Virus record (IMG/VR): IMGVR_UViG_3300010970_000074
Origin: a virus
Length of the DNA: 30,543 bases
Strand: one strand, 5' to 3'
The position numbers and the translations under genes were made by a program. Positions 1 to 7,910 of the stretch are shown in pieces. How positions within the stretch are numbered: the stretch's first letter is position 1; each line of letters begins with the position of its first letter. The notes beneath the pieces are model-generated. The model saw only the letters and a program-made list of their open reading frames with translations, searched no databases and was not told the origin of the DNA.

Positions 1-147
1 GAGTTTATGTCTTACAAATGGAAAAAGGATAAAAACGATAATGTAATTGAAGAACCTGTCAAAGCAAATGATGATGCTTTAGATGCTTCAAGGTATGCAG
101 TATTTACGCATTTAACCAAACCTAAATTTTCAGTATCGGTGTTTTAA
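1..147 (+). CDS. terL: Terminase large subunit, 3' fragment (duplicate of 30335..30481 created by the terminal repeat)
   Basis: Translates EFMSYKWKKDKNDNVIEEPVKANDDALDASRYAVFTHLTKPKFSVSVF*, identical to the C-terminus of ORF 29315..30481. Confidence 0.85.
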   Translation, partial: EFMSYKWKKDKNDNVIEEPVKANDDALDASRYAVFTHLTKPKFSVSVF

Positions 148-209
148 TTGTATATTTGTAGTGGATGTGAGATATCCAATATTTAAACTTATTAGGCTTG
201 ATAATGATG
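1..209. repeat. Direct terminal repeat / assembly overlap, left copy (identical to 30335..30543)
   Basis: Base-by-base reading: gagtttatgtcttacaaatgg...attaggcttgataatgatg is present at both window ends, 209/209 identical. Confidence 0.95.
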
Positions 210-250
210 TATAATCTCACTATACTGATTTTGATAGCCTTTTTTATTTT
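151..250 (+). promoter_or_regulatory. Element E1: TATATTTG promoter box plus ~90-nt structured leader ending in a T-run, paralogous to 25380..25478
   Basis: TATATTTG 151..158. GGATGTGAGATATCC 163..177. Outer pairing AGGCT 194..198 / AGCCT 236..240. Inner hairpin GTATA-ATCTCAC-TATAC 209..225. T-run 240..245, then ATG at 251. Confidence 0.5.
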
Positions 251-721
251 ATGTTACCAATAAAAGGATTTGAAAACTATCTAATTACAAAAGATGGATT
301 TGTAGTTAATAAAAAAACAAATAGGATTTTAAAGATGTCATTGCAAACAACAGGATATAATCAAGTTTGTTTGTCCAAAAAAGGAGTTTCTAAAGCATTT
401 ACAGTACATAGATTAGTAGCTGAAAATCATATTAAAAACCCAAATAATTACCCTTGCGTAAATCACATTAATGGAGTAAAAACTGATAATATGATTGAGA
501 ATCTTGAATGGATAACCTATTCGGATAATCATAAACACGCTTTTAAATTAGGATTAAAAAAGCCACCAATGTACGCTTGTAAAAGGGTGTTGAATACTGA
601 AAATGGTATTATATATAATTCAGCAACCGAAGTCGCAAAATTAATTGGAATGAAAAAGCAAGATTTGTTTAATAGATTAAATGGAGGTGCGTTAAACCAA
701 ACTTGTTATGTTTATCTATAA
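251..721 (+). CDS. HNH homing endonuclease (NUMOD4-like N-terminus, HNH core, C-terminal NUMOD1/IENR1-like DNA-binding module), paralog 1
   Basis: N-terminus GFENYLITKDGFVVN. HNH core HRLVAENH...VNHINGVKTDNMIENLEWITYSDNHKHAF. C-terminus GIIYNSATEVAKLIGMKKQDLFNRL. Confidence 0.85.
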   Translation: MLPIKGFENYLITKDGFVVNKKTNRILKMSLQTTGYNQVCLSKKGVSKAFTVHRLVAENHIKNPNNYPCVNHINGVKTDNMIENLEWITYSDNHKHAFKLGLKKPPMYACKRVLNTENGIIYNSATEVAKLIGMKKQDLFNRLNGGALNQTCYVYL

Positions 722-727
722 AAGTTG

Positions 728-735
728 TATTTTTG
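728..735 (+). promoter_or_regulatory. Candidate Bacteroidota-type -7 promoter box TATTTTTG
   Basis: Matches TAnnTTTG, 16 nt upstream of the portal ATG at 752. Confidence 0.4.
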
Positions 736-751
736 TTTAAATTCTAATAAT

Positions 752-2128
752 ATGGGTTTATTTGACATCTTCACTAAAAAGAAGATTAACACACTATTTC
801 CAACAATTCCTTTGAGTTCGCAAATAGCAATAGAAAAAGGTATTGTAACTTGGCAGGGCGGAGATTCTAAAAGTTTTGTTGATGATGGATATGTAGCAAA
901 TGATATTGTTTATTCAATAGTAAAGTTAATCACTGACAAAGCTAAATTAGCACCATTCAATGTTTATAGGGTTGTAGATGAAAGAGCAGCAAAGAAATAC
1001 AAAGCAATGGCTGCACAAAAAGACATCAACCTAAAAGAACTAGAAACATTACACAAAAAGGCATACGAACTTTATACAGGCGACCAACGATTAAACGAGT
1101 TGCTTAAATATCCAAATGTTGAAGATACTTGGAGTGATTTTGTTGAACAATGGTGTGGATTTAAACTAATTACAGGAAATACTTTTATTTACGCAAAAAT
1201 GATTGAAGCTGGAAACAATCAAGGGAAACCTTATGAATTGTTTGCACTTCCTAGTCAGTATATGGCAATCATAGCTGACATTAACGTATTCCCACCTACA
1301 AGAGTAGGGTATCAACTTTACTATGGTGTAATGTGGGCATTTGATACAAAAGAAATCTTACACGATAAGTATTTCAATCCACAATGGAATGTAACAGGAA
1401 ATCAACTTTATGGGCAAAGTCCATTGATGGCTGCTGCTAAAAACTTAACTCGTTCAAACGAAGCTAAAACTGCTTCCGTTGCATCATTTCAAAATGGTGG
1501 ACCTGCTGGAGTTTTATTTATGAACGATGACCGATTTGACCCTACAAGTGGGCAACAACAAGCACAAGCACTTAAAAAGGCAGTAAGCGAAAAAGGTGGT
1601 AGTTTAAATTACAATTCAATTGCAGTATCAGGTTATAAAGTAGATTGGAAACAAATCGGACTTTCACCTGTGGAACTTAATATCATTGAATCGGAAAAAT
1701 GGGATTTAAAAGCACTTTGTAACATTTACGGAGTACCTAGTCAATTACTTAACGATAGCGATTCAAAGACATATAACAATCAAAAAGAAGGGGAAAAGGC
1801 ATTAACACTTCGTTGTGCCATCCCATTGCTTAACTCTTTGACTGATAATCTTAATAGAAAATTACACACGGATTGGGGTTATAAAGGAACAAATCTTTAT
1901 GTTGATTATGATATTTCAGTATTTGCTGAATTAGAAGCAAGTAAAGTTGAGCAAACCGAATGGCTTGATAAAGCGTGGTGGATTAGTCCTAAACAAAAGT
2001 TGGAAATAATGAATATCAAAGTGCCTGATTATATCCCTACCGAAGAATTAGAGAAACTTTATATCCCAACAGGATTGCAAACTATTGACCAATTTCAACC
2101 TTTGACTATTCCTGACCAAAACCCATAA
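752..2128 (+). CDS. Portal protein (HK97-family-like)
   Basis: ~458 aa, located between the terminase/HNH and the MuF-like head protein. The ORF track start at 725 is TTG; the in-frame ATG at 752 (MGLFDIF) follows a promoter box and is preferred. Confidence 0.8.
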   Translation: MGLFDIFTKKKINTLFPTIPLSSQIAIEKGIVTWQGGDSKSFVDDGYVANDIVYSIVKLITDKAKLAPFNVYRVVDERAAKKYKAMAAQKDINLKELETLHKKAYELYTGDQRLNELLKYPNVEDTWSDFVEQWCGFKLITGNTFIYAKMIEAGNNQGKPYELFALPSQYMAIIADINVFPPTRVGYQLYYGVMWAFDTKEILHDKYFNPQWNVTGNQLYGQSPLMAAAKNLTRSNEAKTASVASFQNGGPAGVLFMNDDRFDPTSGQQQAQALKKAVSEKGGSLNYNSIAVSGYKVDWKQIGLSPVELNIIESEKWDLKALCNIYGVPSQLLNDSDSKTYNNQKEGEKALTLRCAIPLLNSLTDNLNRKLHTDWGYKGTNLYVDYDISVFAELEASKVEQTEWLDKAWWISPKQKLEIMNIKVPDYIPTEELEKLYIPTGLQTIDQFQPLTIPDQNP

Positions 2129-2129
2129 A

Positions 2130-3008
2130 ATGATTTGGCAAGATTATAGAAAATTATATGCCAACGCATTAAAACAATATTCACCGAAGTTCAAAAAAGA
2201 ACTGCAAAATCAAGTGAATACCTATTGCCGTACACTAGACTACAACGCAATTAGCGATAAAGCCATTAAAAAGACCATTCAGAAGCTCCATTTAGCTATG
2301 GGTGTAAAGATGGCTCAAATCAGTAGTAAGGTCGTTAAAAGGTCAGTAAAAGGGCATTACGAGGCATTGGAAGTAAAGTCAGCTGAAACGGATTTGTTTA
2401 GTTATACAATCCTTCAGTATTTGCAAACGCAAGGACTTGACCAATTAGCTGCCGATATTACTCAAACAACCAAAGACCAAATAAGAAGATACTTAATACA
2501 ATCAGCCGAACAAAACCTAACACTACCCGAATCAATTGTTTTATTAAGGGGTGCAGGAATTACGGATTATAGAGCAGAACTTATAGCAAGAACGGAAACA
2601 GGAAGGGCTGCTAATATTGGTTCAATGGTTGGTGCAGTAAGTACAGGATTAGTTACAATGAAAGAATGGATTGCTGCAAAAGACAATAGAACAAGAAGGA
2701 TTCCAAGAGACCAATTTGACCACCTAAATATGGATGGCACTAAAATACCAATGGATGCGACATTTAAACTGCAAAACAAAAAAGGTGGATTTGATTTAAT
2801 GCTACATCCTTGCGATTCAAGTGGAAGTGCTGCCGATGTTTGCAACTGCCGATGTACTTTAGGATATGAGGCACAAAGGGATAAAAATGGCAAACTATTA
2901 AAGCTAGAAAATAACCCACCAAAAGGCAATGTCGGAATGATTTGGGGGATATTAACTAACGCAGTAGGAATGCAAATTGGTAGATTGATTGCAGACTTGT
3001 TTGAATAA
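2130..3008 (+). CDS. Minor head / head morphogenesis protein (SPP1 gp7 / Mu F-like)
   Basis: AELIARTETGRAANIG ... NRTRRIPRDQFDHLNMDG ... CNCRC matches the Phage_Mu_F pattern, and the gene lies directly after the portal. Confidence 0.75.
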   Translation: MIWQDYRKLYANALKQYSPKFKKELQNQVNTYCRTLDYNAISDKAIKKTIQKLHLAMGVKMAQISSKVVKRSVKGHYEALEVKSAETDLFSYTILQYLQTQGLDQLAADITQTTKDQIRRYLIQSAEQNLTLPESIVLLRGAGITDYRAELIARTETGRAANIGSMVGAVSTGLVTMKEWIAAKDNRTRRIPRDQFDHLNMDGTKIPMDATFKLQNKKGGFDLMLHPCDSSGSAADVCNCRCTLGYEAQRDKNGKLLKLENNPPKGNVGMIWGILTNAVGMQIGRLIADLFE

Positions 3009-3020
3009 CAAAAAAAAATA

Positions 3021-3028
3021 TAACTTTG
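3021..3028 (+). promoter_or_regulatory. Candidate -7 promoter box TAACTTTG, only 5 nt before the ATG (possible leaderless transcript)
   Basis: TAnnTTTG match in the 25-nt gap between the MuF-like and protease genes. Confidence 0.35.
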
Positions 3029-3033
3029 TAAAT

Positions 3034-3789
3034 ATGAAAACTTACGCATCTAAAGATTTAATTGTTGAAAAACAAGACATCGGTTATGAGGTAATGGATG
3101 TTGACACCGAACAACGCAGAGTAAAAGCCGTATGGGCAAGAACAGGTAATGTTGATTTGGATAACGATATTATCGTTCCTGAAGCATTTACTAAAACCTT
3201 AAAAGAAAGAGGACCAGCAGGTAAAAACTTAATATGGTCTTTAGTTGACCATTGTGCTGAAATGGAAGCAGTAATCGGAAAGCCTGAACAACTTTATGTT
3301 GAAGGTGATATGCTTATTGCAATCACTCCTATCGTAATGACCGAAACAGGCGAAGATGTTTTAAAAATGTACGATGCAGGTTTAATCAATCAACACTCAA
3401 TCGGATTTACTACAATTAATTCAAGCGTAGCAAAGGATGGAGTAAGAACAATAACTGAACTTAAACTTTATGAAGGTAGTGCGGTATTATGGGCAGCAAA
3501 CCCTGAAACACCAACTATTTCAGTAAAGAGTGAAGTAAAGAAAGAACAATTAGCAACTAGGCTAGAGAAACTTTTGAAAGCGTTTAAAGGCGGTAAATTT
3601 ACCGATGAAACCTTTGCGTTGATGGAGATTGAAATAAAAAGGATTCAAGCGGATTTATTAGAGATTGAAATCGTTAAAGAAATCACTGCGGTCGCAGAAG
3701 CACCCCAGCCGATAATTGAGGAAATCAAAAACAATGATGCAGAAATCTTGAAGGCAATTAAAGAATTTAATAAAATACTAAAAAAGTAA
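3034..3789 (+). CDS. Prohead serine protease (HK97-type) with C-terminal coiled-coil extension
   Basis: LYEGSAVLWAANPETP resembles the conserved E-x-S-x-V-x-x-PAN block, and the gene lies between MuF and the capsid gene. The last ~90 aa are heptad-like and charged (KEQLATRLEKLLKAFKGG...). ATG at 3034 is preferred over the track start at 2989. Confidence 0.7.
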   Translation: MKTYASKDLIVEKQDIGYEVMDVDTEQRRVKAVWARTGNVDLDNDIIVPEAFTKTLKERGPAGKNLIWSLVDHCAEMEAVIGKPEQLYVEGDMLIAITPIVMTETGEDVLKMYDAGLINQHSIGFTTINSSVAKDGVRTITELKLYEGSAVLWAANPETPTISVKSEVKKEQLATRLEKLLKAFKGGKFTDETFALMEIEIKRIQADLLEIEIVKEITAVAEAPQPIIEEIKNNDAEILKAIKEFNKILKK

Positions 3790-3791
3790 AA

Positions 3792-4880
3792 ATGGAAAAC
3801 GTAATTAACGAAATGGCTGATAACCTTAAAGGTTTTCAAGCTAGCATTGAAGCAAAGTTGGAAGCAACAAACGCTGAAATCCGTGTAGTAAAAGATGAAG
3901 CACAAAAACAATTTGATGCTCAAGCTGCTACACAAAAGAAAAACGCATCTAAACAAGTAAAGTTTATGGATGAGGCTATCATTGAGAAATTAGATGGTAG
4001 ATTAGATGAAATGGAAAAATCAATGAAATCAAATGGTAAATTCCGTTTAGATTTAAGCGATGTTAAATCAATGACTTTGTCAGCTTCTTTAACAGGAGAT
4101 GCTCAAGCATCTTATGCTCCTAACGCTGCTGTATTACCAAGTCAAGCAATTAACTTCCGTGATTTAGTTCCAACAGTTCGTAGCGAAAGTGGTTTGTATG
4201 TATTCTACAAAGAAACTTCTACTACTAACAACATTGCTGCTCAAACTGAAGGTTCAAACAAAGGTGAGAATAGCTACGCATTAAGCGAGGTTAAAGTGGT
4301 TAACGATTACATCGCAGGTTTCTCTACATTCTCAAAACAAATGGCTAGAAGTTTGCCTTTTTTAAGCACAACTTTACCAAGAATGTTGACTAGAGATTTC
4401 TTCAAAGCTGAAAACGCTGCTTTCTTTGCAACTGTATCAGGTGCTGCAACAGGTTCTACTACAACTGCTGAAACTGATGATTTGAAGCAATTAGTTGACT
4501 ATATTGGTAACCAAAAAACTGCAAACTTTGTAGCTTCAGTTGCTTTGGTATCTCCTGCTCAATTAGGTCGTTTATTGAAAGAAACAATCACTGCTGGTTA
4601 CTACGCTGGTAATGGTTCAGTTATCGTTTCACCAAATGGTGGCATCACAATATGGGGAGTACCTGTAATTGCTGCATCTTGGGTTACTGATGACAAGGTT
4701 TTAATTATGGATAACAACTATTGTGAGCGTGTTGAAGTTGAAGGATTAGCTATTGAGTTCTCTTATGAGAACGCATCTAACTTCCAACAAAATATGGTTA
4801 CTGCGAGAATTGAGTGTTATGAAGACATCAACTTAATGCAACCAACTTCAGCAATCTATGCTGATTTAGGAAACATCTAG
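3792..4880 (+). CDS. Major capsid protein, HK97 fold, with N-terminal delta-like coiled-coil region
   Basis: 362 aa. The N-terminal ~100 aa are charged and coiled-coil-like. The C-terminal part has IWGVPVIAASWVTDDKVLIMD, typical of HK97-family capsids. A strong terminator follows. Confidence 0.85.
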   Translation: MENVINEMADNLKGFQASIEAKLEATNAEIRVVKDEAQKQFDAQAATQKKNASKQVKFMDEAIIEKLDGRLDEMEKSMKSNGKFRLDLSDVKSMTLSASLTGDAQASYAPNAAVLPSQAINFRDLVPTVRSESGLYVFYKETSTTNNIAAQTEGSNKGENSYALSEVKVVNDYIAGFSTFSKQMARSLPFLSTTLPRMLTRDFFKAENAAFFATVSGAATGSTTTAETDDLKQLVDYIGNQKTANFVASVALVSPAQLGRLLKETITAGYYAGNGSVIVSPNGGITIWGVPVIAASWVTDDKVLIMDNNYCERVEVEGLAIEFSYENASNFQQNMVTARIECYEDINLMQPTSAIYADLGNI

Positions 4881-4897
4881 TTTTAAAGGTTAGATAA

Positions 4898-4929
4898 AAA
4901 AGACCCCATCTTAATCGGTGGGGTTTTTT
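4898..4929 (+). terminator. Rho-independent terminator after the capsid gene
   Basis: ACCCCA 4903..4908 pairs with TGGGGT 4919..4924. The stem can be extended inward (C4910-G4917), an A-run precedes it and a T-run 4924..4929 follows. Confidence 0.8.
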
Positions 4930-4942
4930 ATTATATTTATTG

Positions 4943-4950
4943 TAAATTTG
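4943..4950 (+). promoter_or_regulatory. Candidate -7 promoter box TAAATTTG
   Basis: TAnnTTTG match 12 nt upstream of the ATG at 4963, right after the capsid terminator. Confidence 0.5.
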
Positions 4951-4962
4951 TAAAAAAGAGAT

Positions 4963-5496
4963 ATGGCATATTCTAATTTTATAATAGATTTTACTTTAAC
5001 CGAGACCGCACCTGTAACCGAACCTGTTACATTAGCAGAGGCAAAATTGTATTGCAGGGTTACTACTTCAGTAGATGACAATCAAATTTCCTTGATGATT
5101 AAACAAGCAAGGGAAGCAGTTGAAGTGGGTACAGGATTAAGTCTTATTCCTAAAACTGCCGTTGTATGGTTTACCAATTGGAATAGTCAATTTGAATTAC
5201 CATATGGTCCTGTTAACTCAATAACAAGTTTAATTAACGAGCAAGGTGATACAATAGCCGTTGGAGATTATACTTTAATAGGTGGTAAATTTCCTAAATT
5301 AACAAACCCACCATATCAAAACTTAAAGTTTACTTACACTTGTGGATATACAACCATTCCAAACGATTTAAAGATTGCTATATTAGACCAAGTTAGTTAT
5401 GACTATGAGAATAGAGGATTAGATTCAAATACAGGTATTTGTGAAAAAACTTGGAGAGCGTGTCAGCGTTGGACAAGATTAAGCCCAATATTATGA
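4963..5496 (+). CDS. Head-tail connector protein (gp6-like)
   Basis: LAEAKLYCRVTTSVDDNQISLMIKQAREAVEVGTG is the typical N-terminal signature of gp6-like head-tail connectors, and the gene is first after the capsid. Confidence 0.7.
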   Translation: MAYSNFIIDFTLTETAPVTEPVTLAEAKLYCRVTTSVDDNQISLMIKQAREAVEVGTGLSLIPKTAVVWFTNWNSQFELPYGPVNSITSLINEQGDTIAVGDYTLIGGKFPKLTNPPYQNLKFTYTCGYTTIPNDLKIAILDQVSYDYENRGLDSNTGICEKTWRACQRWTRLSPIL

Positions 5497-5834
5497 GATT
5501 AGGAAGCAAGAAATCAAACTATGTAGATGCGAATACAATGTACTCGGAAATAGGCTTATATGTGCCTACAATCACCGCTGATGGGCAAGGTGGCTACACA
5601 ACTACCTATGCCTTACAAGAGGTTGTATTTGGCGATTTTAGACCACAAGATGAGAATAGAGCATTACTAGAGGCACAATTGAGTTTTACTCGTTCTGCTA
5701 AATTATTTATCAGGTACGATGTAACAATTAACAATATGTACAAAATAGAGGCTGAAGGGGAAATGTACACAATTCATTCAATTAAGGATGTAGAGAATCA
5801 GTTTAGATTTTACGAAATATTAATGTACGCATAA
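5493..5834 (+). CDS. Head closure / head-tail joining protein
   Basis: ~113 aa, with an ATGA overlap onto the upstream stop (ATG 5493, TGA 5494..5496). Size and position fit SPP1 gp16-like proteins. The track start at 5451 lies inside the upstream gene. Confidence 0.55.
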   Translation: MRLGSKKSNYVDANTMYSEIGLYVPTITADGQGGYTTTYALQEVVFGDFRPQDENRALLEAQLSFTRSAKLFIRYDVTINNMYKIEAEGEMYTIHSIKDVENQFRFYEILMYA

Positions 5835-6361
5835 TGGCAGGTTTTGCAGTAAGTTTAGGTGGTATGAAGGAACTTGAAGGCAAGTTAAATAAATTATCTA
5901 CTGCATTAAAAGTAGATGTAAGTGATGAAATAAACGCATCTGCACTAAATATAGAAAATCAAGCTAAAAGATTAGCACCTGTAAACTTTGGTCAATTAAG
6001 GAACTCAATAGCACTTACAAAGGATGGCGAGTTGACATATTCGGTTGCAGCTAACGCTTCGTATTCTGCTTATGTTGAATTTGGCACAGGACCACAAGTA
6101 AATGTACCTGCTGATTTCAAATCTTATGCCCAGCAATTCAAAGGTAAAAGCGGAGGCAAGTTTAAGGATATGGTTGAAGCATTAACTTTGTGGGTAAAGC
6201 GTAAAGGAATTGGTAATGGTAAAAATGATAAAGGTTTGGCTTATGTAATAGCTTTAAGCATATTAAGAAAAGGTATGCGACCACAACCATTTCTAGTTCC
6301 AGCTTACGAAGCAGAAAAACCTAAACTTATACAAAGACTAAATAAATTATTAAATGCTTAA
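5834..6361 (+). CDS. HK97 gp10-family neck / tail-completion protein
   Basis: AKRLAPVNFGQLRNSIAL matches the gp10-family motif (P-x-x-x-G-x-L-r-x-S-i). It has a TAATG overlap with the upstream gene. Confidence 0.65.
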   Translation: MAGFAVSLGGMKELEGKLNKLSTALKVDVSDEINASALNIENQAKRLAPVNFGQLRNSIALTKDGELTYSVAANASYSAYVEFGTGPQVNVPADFKSYAQQFKGKSGGKFKDMVEALTLWVKRKGIGNGKNDKGLAYVIALSILRKGMRPQPFLVPAYEAEKPKLIQRLNKLLNA

Positions 6362-6761
6362 TCCTAATATAGAAATAAAGAAGTGGTTTTATACCAACTT
6401 GACAAGTGCAAGTGGATTGCCTGTTTATGATGGCTTTTCACCTGATAATGGAGTAAATGAATATGTGATTATGACAGGTAGAACTTCTAATCAAGAACAA
6501 GGTAAAATCAGTTACACCAATGCAGTTACCATTGATGTTGACATTGTCATAAAAAATAGTAACTTTGGATATAAAAGAGCCGAAACGATAAGCGATTTAA
6601 TACTAACTGCAATCAATTCCGACACAAATATTACCCTTTCAAATGGGTTTTATGCTTCAAGTTTGGTGGTGGGTGCAATTAGAAATTTAGATGGTTTAAA
6701 CCCTTTGGACAATGTATTTAGAACAATAATAACTTATAATTTAATAATAACTCAAAATTAA
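6354..6761 (+). CDS. Putative tail terminator / tail completion protein
   Basis: 135 aa, located immediately before the major tail protein. The call rests on position only. Confidence 0.45.
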   Translation: MLNPNIEIKKWFYTNLTSASGLPVYDGFSPDNGVNEYVIMTGRTSNQEQGKISYTNAVTIDVDIVIKNSNFGYKRAETISDLILTAINSDTNITLSNGFYASSLVVGAIRNLDGLNPLDNVFRTIITYNLIITQN

Positions 6762-6767
6762 AATAAA

Positions 6768-7220
6768 ATGGCAGAAACTAAAGTATCAGGAAGGGACTAT
6801 CTCCTTTTAGCAGATTTAGCTGGAGGTACAACATTTTTACCTGTGGCTTGTTTAACAACAAACTCATTGACATCAACTAACGACACAATTGATGCAACTT
6901 CAAAATGTGGTAACTCATACACATCAAGTCCTGTATTTACTCAATCTTTTGAGTGTGAAGGATTTGCTATTGATGAAACAGGAACTCCAAGTAAAGATTC
7001 TTACCAACAATTGTATGCTGCTCACGCTGCAAGAACTATTTTTACCATCAAAATGGGTAAAGCTAGTCCAGCTGCGGGTGATGTATATTATGGTGGTCTT
7101 TCAACAAGCACTGTATTTATTAGCGACTTTGGAGTACAAGCAGATGATGCTGATGATGTTAAATTCACTGCAACATTTGTAGTATGTGTTCCACCAATTG
7201 CACAAACTGAAACTGTATAA
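6768..7220 (+). CDS. Major tail (tube) protein
   Basis: 150 aa, directly upstream of the G/T chaperone pair. The pattern LLLADLAGG..LPVACLTTNSLTSTNDTIDATSK resembles TP901-1/phi13-type tube proteins. Confidence 0.65.
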   Translation: MAETKVSGRDYLLLADLAGGTTFLPVACLTTNSLTSTNDTIDATSKCGNSYTSSPVFTQSFECEGFAIDETGTPSKDSYQQLYAAHAARTIFTIKMGKASPAAGDVYYGGLSTSTVFISDFGVQADDADDVKFTATFVVCVPPIAQTETV

Positions 7221-7235
7221 ACCAACAACTAAACT

Positions 7236-7601
7236 ATGTTTGAATTAAGACTGAACAACAACAAAACAATCCCTTTAAAATGGGGTACTTGGGCGATGAA
7301 AAGATTTTGCGAATTAGAGAATAAATCTCTATTGGACTTAATCAATATTTTATCAAGTGGAGCTTTTGAATTAGGAACAATTGTGCATATAATCCAAGCA
7401 TCTGCTGAAAGCGGATGTAAGACACTAAATCAACCAATTGAATTTAACGATGTTATCGTTTGCGATTGGATTGATGAGGTTGGTGGGTTATCTGCAAAAG
7501 ATGGTCAGCTAATAGATTTTATTAAATTTATGCAAACATCAATGGTTCCTGAAACAAAAGAAAATGCCGAAGTAACCAAAGACAAAGGAAAAAAAAAATA
7601 G
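7236..7601 (+). CDS. Tail assembly chaperone (gpG-like)
   Basis: 121 aa, between the tube protein and the tape measure. It ends KDKGKKK* on an A10 slippery run. Confidence 0.8.
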   Translation: MFELRLNNNKTIPLKWGTWAMKRFCELENKSLLDLINILSSGAFELGTIVHIIQASAESGCKTLNQPIEFNDVIVCDWIDEVGGLSAKDGQLIDFIKFMQTSMVPETKENAEVTKDKGKKK

Positions 7602-7906
7602 GAATATATAGCTGGGATTCAATAATTATTCTCGCAATAGAAGTTGGCTTGACAATTAATGAGTTTTGGCAACTTACTTGGCGGGAATTTTTATTATATA
7701 AAAAGGCTTATGAGAATCAGCAGATAAAGGAATGGGAAAGGACAAGAACTTTAGCTTATATGATTTATAGGTCAAATTCAACGGATAAAAACCCGAAAAG
7801 TATAAAGTCCTTTTTCCCTTTGCCTAGTGATGAAGTGGAAGAAGAAAAGCCTAAAATAACGCAAGAACAACTTGCAAGGACATTAAAGTTGTACGGAGTA
7901 AAATAA
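7236..7906 (+). CDS. Tail assembly chaperone G-T fusion produced by a -1 frameshift at 7589..7598
   Basis: ORF 7649..7906 is in the -1 frame relative to 7236..7601, and that frame stays open back through the A-run. The track start of the downstream ORF is only a TTG. Confidence 0.75.
7589..7598 (+). promoter_or_regulatory. Programmed -1 ribosomal frameshift slippery run (A10)
   Basis: The zero frame reads GGA AAA AAA AAA TAG. The -1 frame has no stop from 7562 to 7906 (AAA AAA ATA GGA ATA TAT AGC TGG ...). Confidence 0.8.
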
Positions 7907-7910
7907 TAAA

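Noticed and set aside
725-751. Upstream TTG/alternative starts given by the ORF track (725 portal, 2989 protease, 5451 head closure, 21236 regulator, 24009)
   Set aside because: In each case an in-frame ATG a few codons downstream avoids overlap with the preceding gene or sits right after a promoter box. The longer versions are kept only as alternatives.
2567-3956. Minus-strand ORFs 2567..3049 (160 aa) and 3645..3956 (103 aa) from the six-frame track
   Set aside because: Both lie entirely antisense to well-supported head genes (MuF-like, protease, capsid). Their sequences are low-complexity and Leu/Phe/Ser-rich, typical of antisense reading of AT-rich coding DNA, with no promoter box or motif.
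6889-7182. Plus-strand ORF 6889..7182 (97 aa) inside the major tail protein gene
   Set aside because: It is an alternative frame of a gene with a coherent tube-protein-like product. Its Leu/Met/Gln-rich sequence has no independent start context.
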